A stretch of DNA of 64,000 nt from Eledone cirrhosa. Lineage: Eukaryota. Both the position numbers and the translations under genes were made by a program. The stretch covers positions 37,076,001-37,140,000 of the forward strand of contig OZ024743.1 in assembly GCA_964016885.1 (NCBI GenBank), written 5' to 3'. The notes beneath the pieces were generated by a model, which saw only the letters and a list, made by a program, of their open reading frames with translations, was not told where the DNA came from and made no database searches. This document shows, piece by piece, positions 13,211-26,444 of this stretch; the stretch's first letter is position 1, and every line of letters starts with the position of its first letter.

Positions 13211-13499
13211 TGATCTCTCTCCCTGATTCCCAGTATACCAAATATTACGGGAGGGAAATCAGTCGATTATATTTATGTATACCCAAATTCTTAGCTGGCA
13301 TGTATTATTTGATTTTTTTAACACTGGAATGCTGGAAAGCGAAGTCAACTTTTGCCAGATTTGACCTCAGAATGCTCTGCATATTCTGCCGATCCACTTG
13401 CCTTGTAGTTGTATAAATATGTATTACCAATCGTATATGGAACGTTAACAAACTATTATACAGCCGGTACGAGGAAAAGAGTTAATAGATAATCAATCA

Positions 13500-14300
13500 C
13501 TTAACTTTCTTTTCCCAAACCTACCCTCTTCTTATGTTCTTCTTCCATTTATAGCAAAGTGTTATATAAAAAATTCAATTTAAGCAACCAAATATTTCTG
13601 AATCAGAGTTTATATTAAGTACAATGTCATTTCAGAAAATTGTGTAAAACCTAGGCATTTAAACAGTCTACACTAATAGTTATTTTTACCTATCTGAGCC
13701 AGTATATATTTATAACAAAACGATAAATGTGAGAATGTGTAACAAACAATTGGATGATCTATACAATAGTATTCATTCATCAGCCGAATAGGCCTACAGC
13801 CTATCTAACTAATTAAAGTATCTTCCTTTATTAACATCTTTTGACATTCTATTCTGGTTACCTCCCTTTATGTCAGCTTTTATCTGTTCCTGGTTCTTTA
13901 TCACTTATCGTCTTGGCAGTTCCAAATTTAGAATACTAATATATTGTTACATTCTTTTTATATTTACTCTTAACATAAATCTTTCTTCTTCCCATCAATC
14001 TATCTGTTAAGCACAGAATCTTGTTTTCCTCTTAATGCTTCTAATTTTGCTGCAATATTCTTTAAGTTCAATTTCCAACTACAGCAATAAGCATCCTCAT
14101 CTTCTATTTTCAGTACATACTAATATTTAATTCTCTCCTGTTGCAATATTTCATTTTAACTAAAACATATCTTAAACAAAAATCTTTAAATCCTTTCAAA
14201 TTTTCCTCCGAGCACATCGATACATAAAACTTCAAAGCTAAAAAATATATAATAAATAGAAATAAAATGTTCTATATTCATTGATATCTCACCTCGGCGG
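13500..14300 (-). mobile_element. Possible ancient AT-rich L1-like ORF2 remnant
   Basis: Minus-strand CRPIRLMNEYY near 13765-13800 resembles the RT motif YRPISLLNxDYK. No long ORF. Confidence 0.35.
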
Positions 14301-14565
14301 TCTAATATTATCTATTCTGTTGATTATTTAGTTTTAAGTGTTGCTTTATAATATTATTGGAGAAAATGTCGTGCGACATTCACTCACATGTCTTTACATT
14401 ATCAGTTGGAGAATACGCTGCCTTTTAAACACACACACACACACACACGCACACGCACACATGCACGCACGCACGCACGCACACACGCACACACACACAG
14501 ACGCACGCACGCACACACACAGACGCGCGCACGCATGCACCCCCCCCCCCCCACACACACACACG

Positions 14566-14632
<67 letters not shown>

Positions 14633-14969
14633 AATTTAACAGTTGTAAAGCGATGAGTGTATATGAATATTCGTAAAATTGGAGTATTCTCAACGCGAAA
14701 GGTAGCGTAAGAGCTGGATACTTTTTGCATAGAAACTTTTTTTGAGAGGGGGGATGTATATATATAATTATCCGGGCATGCTTATTGCACAAATCGCCAT
14801 GACTCGTCTTCTCCAGACTTTTCGGTCTGGTATTACTCCTAGTAGGTCTTCTCAAGTGCTTTCAGAATCCTCACACAGTTGCTTTATGTAATGTTTGATG
14901 TAGTCTAATATATATAAAATGGAGTTGAAAACGTAATAGCTTCTTCTTCCCTTATTTTATATATATATA

Positions 14970-15782
14970 CTTCTGCGCTAAGAACATGAAGGCCCACATC
15001 ACCAACAGCCATAAGACCAACACCCCACCAGGGTGCTATTGTCATAAGCCCGAAGCTTGTGCCCTTCAACAGCAATGCAACACACCCGCTGTAATGTATG
15101 AAGCTGTGGTCACTTCCAACCGACCAAACCAACCACAGGAGGTCAAATCCTATGTGGGTATGGCGGAGCGCCGATTTAAGGAACGCTTCCTGAACCACCA
15201 GTCGACCTTTAGGTACCCGGACAGACGTTCATCCACGAAACTCGCGAGCCCCGTATGGTCCCTCAAGGGCTCAAGTATAGACTACTCCATTCAATGGAAA
15301 GCCATCACTAAGTCCAAGCCATACGCAAGGGGAAATCCGTCGTGTGGACTATGTATTGATGAACGAATAAATATTCTAAACAGATTATACAATAGTGGTT
15401 GCCTAAACACGAGAAATGAATTCTTCACACGTTGTCCACATGTCTCGAAACACCTCTTACATAATTACAAAGCTCCGGATTGAATCACAATAACATCCTA
15501 GTCTTATCAACTAGAAACTTTTCGGATTTTCGCAGTTATCTCCCTTACACCTCTCGCACGCCTTTTAGTATTGCCTGTGTGAAGTGACACTTTCTGCGCA
15601 TGCGCGTTCGTACGGTTGTCCTTCCTGTTCCGTATAACCATGTCCATTACGAGCTGAGGATCCGCTAAGGTGAAACAATTGTTCTCGGTATGTGGAACTA
15701 ACTGTTGTGTAACCACTTCTACCTAACTCGTCCCATGGACTGAGTGCTCTACCACTACGGATATTACCTTCCAGTGTTCTAC

Positions 15783-15787
<5 letters not shown>
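14970..15787 (+). mobile_element. Penelope-like element 3' end: GIY-YIG endonuclease plus a 3' terminal repeat with a hammerhead
   Basis: ORF 14986-15483 has CYC..C....C, VMY..SYVGMAERRFKERFLNH, CGLCIDER and LNTRNE..CPH. HHR at 15650-15687. (TA)n-flanked. Confidence 0.9.
15650..15687 (+). ncRNA. Minimal type I hammerhead ribozyme motif; identical copy at 24695-24732
   Basis: cgag-CTGAGGA-tcc gctaa gg t-GAAA-caattg-TT-ctcg, with palindromic helix III AACAATTGTT. Confidence 0.82.
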
Positions 15788-15832
<45 letters not shown>

Positions 15833-15836
<4 letters not shown>

Positions 15837-15995
15837 ATGTGGTTAACGCCTGAAAGGAGTAACAATAGCGAAGTAGAGTTTTAATATTCATTTATATTAA
15901 GGCTAAAAAGTGAGTTATTTTACTCTGGCGTTTTGCCTGTGATAAACAGGCGAACCTCCAGCTTAACAAGACTCACTTTTTAGCCTTAATATAAA

Positions 15996-16002
<7 letters not shown>
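15833..16002. mobile_element. Fold-back insert centred on a helix-II-like hairpin
   Basis: Arms at 15884-15923 and ~15971-16002; central GCCTGT GATAA ACAGGC GAA. The relative at 22749 has CTGATGA directly before CCTGTGATAAACAG. Confidence 0.65.
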
Positions 16003-16083
<81 letters not shown>

Positions 16084-16639
16084 TTGATTAATTAATTACA
16101 AAGAAATGTATACTGAGTATAAGGAGGCCTACGTACTTCAATAAATCATAATATCATTCTTTTGTTGACCATGTGCTTGAAAATGATTACCACATCTTGT
16201 TATCAACAAAGCTAACACCTGGGTATTTAGCGCCCTAGTTTTCCTCTACAATATGCACCACTTTTCCCATTTCTGAGCCTCATTCTCTCAAATGAAACAA
16301 TTACCACGTACTGTTTGACAAGCTGGCAAATCCATTTTTTTATACTTTTTGCACTGATCCCACTAAAGAAAATACTAAGTCTGCAATTTCCAGCACATAT
16401 TAATTATTTTGCTGGATTGGCAGTATCGGTAGAAGGTCGGACGCCATGCTTTGCAGCAAAGAGTTACGGCCCTTTATGATCTGAGTTGAAATCCCGCTGA
16501 GGTTAACTTAGCTTTTCATCCTTACGGAGCCGATAAAATAAAGTACCAGTCACGCACTGGGGTCGATTTAGTTGACTTTCCCCTCCCCCCAAATTGCTGG
16601 TCTTGTGCCTATATAAGAAACCATTATTTTGTTTTGTTA

Positions 16640-18033
16640 TTTTTTCTATAATCTATTTATTTTCCCATGTCCCTAGTTTATGTTTCTTACAATTTTTAAC
16701 TTGTCCCAGTATTTGACCTGGCTCAAAAGTTGCAATGAAGAGATTAATAGTTTGCAGGAACGGGGTTATGTTGATAATTGTGTTTTCGATTTTCATACAA
16801 CTTGTTTTAATGACGAATACGTTCTTCTTCAAAGTTAACAAGCTTCATATGGCGTTGTTTTCTCCACTCAGTCCTGTTAACAACATTTTCCCAGCTGTTA
16901 ATATTTATATTCAGACGTTTCAAATATCAAATATATAGTTTTATTACGTAGCAGAGTTATATAAACATGCAGAAAAAGAGAACAATACAGGAAAGGGCTG
17001 CAAATTCCACAAACGAGACGAAAAGGAGAGGAAGAGCAAGGACCACCAGACAAAGGAAAAAAGAAAGGGGAATGGGAGAGGGTGACAGACTCAATGTCTA
17101 GGTCGGAGTGGTGTTTCGGCTGCACCCCACGGACAAAATGACAACGGTTCCCTCGTGGAGAATGACCAGCGCCACAAACTGCAACAACGACGCCACCCCG
17201 TGGGGCTCCCTACTTAGACGGCCGCTATCAATCCGACTCCAATGAGGAGATCAGCTGTCCGGGGTTCAAGGACGCCTGAGGTCTCGACGGCGACCAGTGC
17301 AAAGAAGAAGCAACCAGACAAGCTCCGGTATTTGCTTGTCCTCCTGTCCTCTGAATTACGAGCGGTGATACCGGCGTTTGTGGCCGAGGCGGCTAAGTTG
17401 GAGTCGGAGAAGGTGTCACAGATGAGGGATTTACCTCCTTCGAAAGAGAAGAGGGTAATTCCGTCGGGGCGCTTGTGGTCACCGCGATTAAGGCCTACTA
17501 ACTCCAGTTGTAAAGGGAAGCCGGCTGCGTCGAGGCTCCTTATTATGTCGTTGAGAGTGGCATGTCGGGGAAACCGGCCTGATAATAGGTGCAGGCCGAA
17601 CTCATCGACGACAGCTCAACAACGGCATTTATGTAGCTCAAATTGTCTCTAAGCTAGTCTTAATAGCGAAGTAGTAGTTGGCTACTTTTCTACGAGACCA
17701 AACAAGACTTACTTTGGGATTCTTTCTTCATTCATTCTCAAAACGTGGCTACACACTCTCATTTGAAATTTGATCAAGAATGTTTCTTTTCCAGAAATAT
17801 TGCATTATGATAGCACTTCGTTATTTTTCACTCTATCATCCGATTTTATGCCACAGATCTGCTTTAGAGACACCATATGGAAATTGCTGATTTGATTTAT
17901 GTGTTTGCGATAGGCAGTCCAGGTTTCTGACCCATAAAAGAGAGTTGTATGAACACCAGCTTTATAGATATCGGTTTTTGTTTTGATACATCGTGAGTGT
18001 ACCATAGTCTAACATAAAGTTTACCAAAAGCGG

Positions 18034-18035
<2 letters not shown>
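16640..18035 (-). mobile_element. RTE-clade LINE 3' portion, split by a nested CRE-like insertion
   Basis: IYKAGVHTTLFYGSETW (17805-18005), then LLRY*D*LRDNL (~17640), resuming as LKRLNININSWENVVNRTEWRK at ~16925-16860. Confidence 0.8.
16940..17625 (-). mobile_element. CRE-clade non-LTR retrotransposon 3' end (restriction-like endonuclease)
   Basis: Minus frame gives RHATLNDIIRSLDAAGFPLQLELVGLNRGDHKRPDGITL..KYRSL..VAVETSGV. Confidence 0.8.
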
Positions 18036-18098
<63 letters not shown>

Positions 18099-18299
18099 CG
18101 CCCTCACTCTCTCTCTCTCTCTCTGTAATTCTTAAATTGACAATAAAATAATAACTAATATCAAGATAAAAATTATAACTATTACATATAAAAAAACTTA
18201 GGTAACAAACAATATAACATTGTTTTTCACCTAATATCTGATTGTTATCTGATATAGCGTCTGCTCTTTGCTGTGTATTACAGTGTCGTCTGCTCGCAG

Positions 18300-18365
<66 letters not shown>

Positions 18366-18539
18366 TTCTCTATCTCCTCTTACTCTCCTCTTTCTTCCTC
18401 TCTCTCTCTTGCGTGCGCACCGGGAACCAGGACAACCTTACACACGTTCTCTTTCCGCTTTTTTCTTATTTTCTCCTGCTTGGTATATTTGTTTTTACAC
18501 ATACACACACACATACACACACACATACGCACACACACA

Positions 18540-18577
<38 letters not shown>

Positions 18578-18580
18578 TAC

Positions 18581-18611
<31 letters not shown>

Positions 18612-18851
18612 CATACATACATACATACATACATACATACATACATACATACGTACATATATGTGACATAGCCCAATTTCATACATTATGATGATTATAG
18701 TGTTGATTTCATCGATTTTTATCGATCATATAAAGATGAAATACTAAGCTGACCCAGATAGATTTAGAACTGTGAAACTGTGATATGATTTCCTACCAGC
18801 AGTGTCGATATTGGATTCTTATGCAGGGACAAGGTCGCACATCCATGCTTT

Positions 18852-18852
18852 C

Positions 18853-18888
<36 letters not shown>

Positions 18889-19652
18889 CTTTCTTTATTA
18901 ACCACAAGGGTTTACACAAAGTAGACATTAAGGACAGTACAGGACAATACAGGACGGTACAAAGAGGCATTTCTGCGTGTAAAAAGAAACAAGAAACAGA
19001 GGATGTAATAATAGAACAATGAAAAAAATTCCCCAATAGGAGGGAGACTTCCGAGGGACATTCGTGGAGAAAGCCCATTAAAAAGCCACAGTGACCCTGA
19101 CCACCAAGGCAAGTGCCCTCTCCCAGTTTTCCACCTTTAATTTACAGACACATACTCAGGGCCATTCTTGCCTCTCTCACCCATCTTTCAACAAAATGCT
19201 GGGAAGAAAGCACTTCCCTCTCTACCCTGATTTTCCTTTTCAAATGCAATTTGAAAAAGTTAATCAGGACATCACCGAAGAGGTAAGTGCTCGTCTTCAG
19301 CCTTTTCAAACGTGTCCACCATACTATCTCTTTCGCCATGGCCACCGGACAGATAAAAACTGCCTGCCCTTCCTGGCTAAAGGAAGAGGGCGGGGGCAAT
19401 CCTCACGATGGACCAGCTGATAGCTGGATCCGTCCTACACGCGACAGCAGGTGTTCGACATAAACCCACAAGTCAGCAATGCTCGGACGCTGGACGAGTG
19501 CGTGCAGGATGGTTTCGGCGCCCTGCACGCATCTCGGACATGCCCGGCTGTAGAGTTTATCTCGAACTGGCAAAGCTCCTCGGTAGCACTGCCAGGCCAG
19601 GGATTTCTGGAAGTTGTCCATAGGCCCCGGCTCAAAAGTTCTTCCGAAGAGA
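18852..19652 (-). mobile_element. Tx1-clade LINE 3' fragment ending in (AAT)n
   Basis: MDNFQKSLAWQCYRGALPV and MAKEIVWWTRLK match the element at 1-2048. Confidence 0.9.
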
Positions 19653-19669
19653 TATAATAATAATGATAA

Positions 19670-19985
19670 TAATTGTTTCTACTTTAGGCACAAAGCCAGC
19701 AATTACCCAGTGCATTACTGGTACTTTATTTTATCGACCCCGTAAGGATGAAAGGCAAAGTCAACCTCGACGGGATTTGAACTCAGATCGTAAAGGGACG
19801 TAACTATGCTGGAAAGCATGGCGTCCGACGCTCCCCCGATACTGCCAATCCACCGCCCTTAATAATAATAATAATAATTCTAATCCGCCGGGGTTAACTT
19901 TGTCTTTCATCCTTACGAGGTCGATAAAATAAAGTACCAGTGATGCACTGGGGTAATCGCTGGCCTTGTGCCAAAAGTAAAAATA
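19670..19985. mobile_element. Two family-1 SINE copies in divergent orientation
   Basis: Consensus matches at 19670-19860 (-) and 19880-19985 (+). Confidence 0.85.
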
Positions 19986-20218
19986 ATAATAATAATAATG
20001 GTTTATTTATTGGCCACAAGAGCCGACGTGTAGGAGACAATATAAAGACACGGACAGTGGGGGTTTACAATGAGCTCGAGTAAAAGTACGCAGGTACCCC
20101 ACCAACCCTGAACCACCCTGCGCTTCTAGGGCACCCGGGGAAAGCACCCCTCTCATCCTCTCAAATTAGCTAGCCTATAGGTGCATGGTCAGAGTAGGCC
20201 CATTCACACGGGCTATTC

Positions 20219-20273
<55 letters not shown>

Positions 20274-20274
<1 letters not shown>

Positions 20275-20948
20275 TTTACAAGGAGGAGGCTAGCCTACTG
20301 TGTAGGATCTGTGGAGAGAGAGATGGGAGACTGTGGCTCACATTGTATCCGAGTGTAAACACCTAGCCCAGACTAACTATAAAGGCTGGATGATGTGATG
20401 GGCAGGGTGATCCACTGGCACCAATGCAAAGTAAACAATTTACCACATTCTGAGAAGTGGTATGAGCATAAGCCAGAGTCGGTGATAGAAAACGATCAGG
20501 TGAAGGTGCTGTGGGATTTTAGGATACAGATGGAAAAGAAACTGGTACACAATAAACCTGACCTGGTGGTTTTGAACAAGGAAAAAAGATCGTGCCTGAT
20601 TGTAGATGTAGCCTGCCCATTCGACACGAGAGTGCAAGAGAAGGAGAGGGAGAAAATTAACCGATACCAGGACTTAAAGTGGGAGGTAAAAAGGATTTGG
20701 AACTGCCATGAAGTCAAAGTGGTCCCGATTGTCAAAGGCGCACTAGGTACTATCTCATAGAGTTTCCAAGGATGGTTAAAGAAAATTAGTCCAGCCCCGC
20801 TTTTTGGAACACTTCAAAAGGCATGCTTGCTGGGAACAGCAAGAACCCTCCGATACGTCTTGAATATCTGAGGCTGCAGGTAGTGGCTTGATATTCATTT
20901 CAACAAACTTTCCAGTTAAATAACATCAATGACTGAGACTCAAAGAAC
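20274..20948 (+). mobile_element. R4/Dong-clade non-LTR element 3' end (CCHC + RLE) inserted in (TAA)n
   Basis: CRICGE, WDFRIQ..NKPDLVV..IVDVACP..EKINRYQDL, VPIVKGALG and LQKACLLGTAR; (AAT)n on both sides. Confidence 0.88.
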
Positions 20949-21482
20949 AATAATAATAATAATGATGATGATAATAATAATAATGATTTCTTTATTGGCC
21001 ACAAGCCTGGCAACAAATAAAAAATAAAATGAGAGTAAAACTTGAAGCCGTTGTTGGATTGACGGGTAGCTAGTTGAAAGGTTACGTGTGATTTATTTTC
21101 GGATAATATAAAATAATTAGGAAGTTTGGCTGCTGTTTCTAACGGGTGAGTTGCTGATTAGAGGCTTTCTAGTTAGCGGTTGGTTATGATTACATTAATT
21201 CTTAACATCCTGTACCATATGAATCGCATTAGTAAGACGTTATTGCCAAATACAAAACAGTACTATCACTGCATCACATTAAAATTATAATCTTGCTTTA
21301 GTTTTGCAAATTTTCACAAGGATCTGACCACGAGTAAAGATACGTTTTTCCTCTTTTACCTGTTCCAACCATCCGGCTGAGACCATGAAACATTTTATAT
21401 GTTTTGATATGTTTTGCTAAATCATTGCAAGGGATTAAGAGTTAATGTGGTGGCAGTGGTTGTTGTTGTGTTAATGGGTGTG

Positions 21483-21547
21483 ATAGAGGACGCAGCGGTT
21501 CTATTGTCTATCCGTAGGATAGACAATAGAACCGCTGCGTCCTCTAT
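21483..21547. repeat. Perfect 31-bp inverted repeat with a 3-nt loop
   Basis: ATAGAGGACGCAGCGGTTCTATTGTCTATCC-GTA-GGATAGACAATAGAACCGCTGCGTCCTCTAT. Confidence 0.95.
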
Positions 21548-22386
21548 TAATCTTGAGAGATTTTGATTAAAATCAATCCAGCCGCGACAAACCCATTTTT
21601 TACGATTATATAGAATTAAAATATCTAACGTCTCCTTTCATTATTTAATTGTGAGGTTTGAGTGGCGGAAGATTTAGCTGCTATTTTTAGAGCTTCAACG
21701 ACCATATAGAGGTTTCCCCCCACAAGAATGGTGGTGGTAGTGGTGGTTGAGTAACCTGGCGGCTCTAGTGCTGGTGGTAGATATGGTAGTGCTGCTGTTG
21801 TTATTGTTGTTGTCTAGCTGCAAGTCCAGCCTGATAGAGCTGATGTATGATCTAAAGCATTCCAGCCGTGACCAACATGTCATTTTAGAGTTACGTATCA
21901 CTACATTATCTTATGTCTTCTTTCATGAACACAGTGTGGTGTGAATGGAAAAGAATTTAGCTGCTATTTTTAGCCGGTGGAACAAGCACGTAGAGGCATC
22001 TGCATGGTGATAATGATGATGGTGATAGTAGTGGTGGATTACAAACTGAAAATGATGACTACGACAACGATAGTGGTACCATTATTTGCATTGATATCTG
22101 TGATAAAGTTGTGGTAGAAGTGTAGTGGGTGATGTTCGGTAATAACTGCACCAGTTAATGCACTTCCACAAGCACACATGTGATATAGTTCTTCTTACAG
22201 ACCGAAAAACAGACAACTGCAGCTGCTGCTATATTGCAGTTGGGAAATAAAGTCGCTTTGCAAATAAAGAAAACACAGTTGCACAATATACTTACTTATT
22301 TACACACACACATACACACAAACACACACACACACAGAAACACATGCACACACACACACTCACACACATACATACACACATATACA

Positions 22387-22454
<68 letters not shown>

Positions 22455-22870
22455 TATATATATATACACATATATATATATATATATATATATTTATACA
22501 TACATATTCCTGGACCGGGCGATGCGTTATGTCCTTGAACAAGACACTTTATTTCACGTTACTCCTTCTACCTGGAGCTGCGACCGATAGATAGTATTAG
22601 TAATTGGAAAGTCCAACGGAAACATTATTTCCTCGGTCCGATTTGACGAAAATCGATCGACAAAAATACACATATATGTATATATATATATGTTTTTATG
22701 TGTTTGAACATATATATATGTTCATTTCATTAAGGTTGAATAGCGAGTCTGATGACCCTGTGATAAACAGACAAATATAGCCTTAATAAAATGATTATTA
22801 CAACTATACTATACTTCGGTATTGAGTACTCTTTTCTTTCAGCCATCAACCTCATACGGATATATGTATT

Positions 22871-22940
<70 letters not shown>

Positions 22941-22943
<3 letters not shown>

Positions 22944-23060
22944 CGAAGGACGTGTGGTAAGGAACCAGATGGACCATAACGCACCAGAGTACTCAATACT
23001 TAGTAGTAGAGAAATAACCGTCGAAACGGCTTGAGCTCTGCCGCCGGGGTCAAACATTTT

Positions 23061-23063
<3 letters not shown>
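22941..23063. mobile_element. Family A insert, copy 2 (two opposed, non-overlapping segments)
   Basis: A minus-oriented tail is joined at ~23010 to plus-oriented ..CGTCGAAACGGCTTGAGCTC..; within (TA)n. Confidence 0.8.
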
Positions 23064-23126
<63 letters not shown>

Positions 23127-23145
23127 ATCTATATATCTATATATA

Positions 23146-23210
<65 letters not shown>

Positions 23211-23512
23211 GTCCTTTACCACAAGTATTTACTGAGTGCTATGATATTTATGCATGTGAATAGCTTCATACAAACACAAAACCAGCGATTCGTGTGTGTG
23301 TGTGGGGGGGGGCTAATCGATTAAATCGATCAGTACTTGACTTGTACATCATTTTATTTACCTAAGAAAGATGATAGGCAAAGTTGATCTGCGAGATTGG
23401 AACACAAAAAGTAAGGGGCCAGAACAAATAGTGCTAAGTATTTGTCCGACGCTCTAAAGATTCTGCCAATCTACCTCCCTTGAATAACACCACTCATGTA
23501 TAAAATGCATGG

Positions 23513-23544
<32 letters not shown>

Positions 23545-23547
<3 letters not shown>

Positions 23548-24418
23548 AGGAGGTTATAGTTCACTTGAAGCATTGTGTAATGAGGTATAAACGTTTGAAT
23601 ATGTATAATAAAGCCAAAACAATGCAGGTATGGACATAGAATAAAGAAAGCAAATGCAAAAGATATTGTTGACAATTAGTCTTTTACCTTAGATTTATTT
23701 AAATGAAACACCTAGTTAAATGCAAATACACCGACAAAACCATAACAGTTAGGATAGAAACTAAGGAAAGAAACCTCGGCAATCTTAGAATTAAGGAAGC
23801 ACTAATTATAGATAAAACACGACCACCAATCAATAATAGACTAGAACTCAACACCCAATTTATAACCTGATAGAGCTTCTAGCCCCATATTTACACCCCC
23901 CCCCCCCACCTACACACACGCTTACACCTCCACTTATTCTCTCTCACACATACACACACAAAACCAGTTCTAACACCAGATAACACCTATCCCCCACATT
24001 TACGAATAGACTTATCTTCTCACACTCACACACACACACACACTCACATACTTACACCTTACCTTCATGCATTCTCCCACACACTTAAACAGGCATGTAT
24101 ATAAAAAAACAAAAAAAAACAAAAAAACAAACCTCTTTTAAATGGAGACTACTCTTTATCCACCTAATTTTAACTCTTTGACATTAGAGATAGAACAGAT
24201 ACTCTATACCATTTCCTGTCAGCATGACTTGGCAAGCTACTTAGAACGCTGGTTTGAGACACTTATTTCCCTCTGAAGAAGAGATATTATCTCGAAAATT
24301 AAGGACATTTAAATAAATCTAAGGTAAAAGACTAATTGTCAACAATATCTTTTGCATTTGATTTCTTTATTCTATGTCCATACCTGCATTGTTTTGGCTT
24401 TATTATACATATTCAAAC

Positions 24419-24425
<7 letters not shown>
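23545..24425 (+). mobile_element. Penelope-like 3' fragment with a 120-bp inverted terminal repeat, GIY-YIG tail and hammerhead
   Basis: 23586-23705 is the reverse complement of 24306-24425 (one mismatch seen). 23706-23870 encodes KHLVKC..ERNLGNLRIKEALIIDKTRPPINNRLE*. HHR cct-CTGAAGA-a gagat att atctc-GAAA-AT-TA-agg at 24270-24304. Confidence 0.85.
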
Positions 24426-24459
<34 letters not shown>

Positions 24460-24464
<5 letters not shown>

Positions 24465-24826
24465 GTACAACTTGAAAAATAACCGAGGTGTCCTACACAA
24501 GTGAAAGTATAAGGTAAAATGATGAAATCGAAAATGCAACTGGAGTCTCTTTTTTTAAAAATATATATTTCTTTGGTTCCTTTACCGGTTTCGCAGTTTT
24601 TCTGCTTTTCAAAAGTAGAATTGAGATGAAGGGTCTGTGGTTTTTCTCACAGATGTGAGAAAAACCACAGACCCTCCATCTCAATTCTACTTTACGAGCT
24701 GAGGATCCGCTAAGGTGAAACAATTGTTCTCGGTATGGTGAACTAACTGTGGGTAACCACTTCTACCTAACTCGTCCCATGGACTGAGTGCTCTACCACT
24801 ACGGATATTACCTTCCAGTGTTCTAC

Positions 24827-24830
<4 letters not shown>
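24460..24830. mobile_element. Composite of PLE-type termini: degenerate minus-strand HHR, 40-bp-arm hairpin, and an HHR-bearing terminal copy of the 15 kb element
   Basis: Hairpin at 24612-24693. Minus strand ~24580-24616 reads TTGAAAA-gcag aaaaa ctgc-GAAA-ccgg-TA. 24693-24830 is nearly identical to 15648-15786. Confidence 0.75.
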
Positions 24831-24868
<38 letters not shown>

Positions 24869-24871
<3 letters not shown>

Positions 24872-25062
24872 AACGAGTAGGACCCCGACGGCTGAGCTCA
24901 AGCCGTTTCGACAGCTAATTCTAGTCCAGAATTAGCTGTCGAAACGGCTTGAGCTCAGCCGTCGGGGTCCTACTCGTTCCTCTTACCCACTCTACTACCC
25001 TAAGTATTGAGTACTTTGGTGCGTTCTGGTCCACCTGGTTCCTTACCACATTTCCTTCGTTA
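24869..25062. mobile_element. Family A fold-back insert, copy 3
   Basis: Palindrome at 24869-24981; GAAA-cggct tgagctc agccg-TC-ggggtcc. Confidence 0.85.
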
Positions 25063-26082
25063 TATATATATATATATATGGTATTAATAAATGGAAACTA
25101 TATTTATAATACCATATTTATTTTATTATATCAAGGGTACCAAAAACTTTGGTACGCTCTCATCAGATAAAATACAAAATTTGTTTTATAAATAGTGACA
25201 TACCCCAGAAACCAGACCTTTTCGGTTCAGGTTCCGTTTGGATAGTGGAAGGAAAAGAGAAAAATTTCAAATCTTTAGGATGGATATGTAAATGAAGTAG
25301 AAGCGTAGACTGAAAAAGTCGTTATATTTAGACGCTAGGTAAATTTAAATAATTATTAGGATACTTTATAAAAGAAGATGAAAAAAGAAGAAAGAGAGGC
25401 TAATATTAGTATTAGGGTGTAAATAGATTTTAAAATTAAAAATTAAAAATGTGTTGAAGTGGTAGAATACTAATCCAAAAATTTAAAATATATAACCAAA
25501 TTATGAGTTATAATATTATATAGATAATCCTTATAATTAGATTTTATGAAGAATTAAGGTTAAGTACACTTTAGCTTATTATATTACAACAGGTCATTTA
25601 TATACATATTTATATAAATAAATAAAAATATAAATATTATTGGTGATTATATATGCTGTTATTAATTCGTATATAATTTAAGGGTTACGAAGGATATGTG
25701 TTTACATTTTCAATATATAGTTAAGAAAAAGACGTAGTTCGAATTTTATTAGAGAAGAACTTTTTGTACATTCAAATAGTTCAATCAAGATAGAAAACAT
25801 TTGCGGAAAATTATTAAGTTAACGAAATTATAGAGACTTTAGTATTTATGTTGTTAAGAAGAGAGGGTGTTTATGCGTGCTAGATTATAAAGGAAAAGGA
25901 AAAAGAAAAGGAAAAGATAATGTTTGTTAGTTACACTATTTATGTTAGATTTGTCATTTATTTTAGAATTTACTTTATTATTTATTAATATCATTGATAT
26001 TATACTCCATGAAAATTGTTGAGTGCTTCGAATCTGTTATAAATAAATTTGTTGAATTACCAGCAAATTAAATATCTCTTTG

Positions 26083-26166
<84 letters not shown>

Positions 26167-26171
26167 TATAC

Positions 26172-26308
26172 ATAACGAAGGAAGTGTAGTAAGGAACCAG
26201 GTGGACCACAACGCACCAAAGTACTCGATACTTTGGGTGAGTAGTAGGAAAATGTTCAGGACTCCGACGGCAGAGCTCAAGCCGTTTCGACGGCTATTTC
26301 TGGAAATA
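26172..26308 (-). mobile_element. Family A insert, copy 4 (single arm truncated in helix II)
   Basis: Matches the tail and HHR 3' half; ends TATTTC-TG-GAAATA. Confidence 0.8.
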
Positions 26309-26392
26309 TACATATACATATATACATGTACATATACGCGCGCACATATATACACACGCTTACTTAACCGCTCATGCATGGACATTTACACA

Positions 26393-26444
<52 letters not shown>

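Noticed and set aside
17242-17652. 136-aa plus-strand ORF (also 1183-1539 and 50564-50953)
   Set aside because: Antisense shadows of GC-rich retroelement coding sequence.
25080-26080. A-rich block possibly from an old LINE
   Set aside because: No convincing motif could be read.
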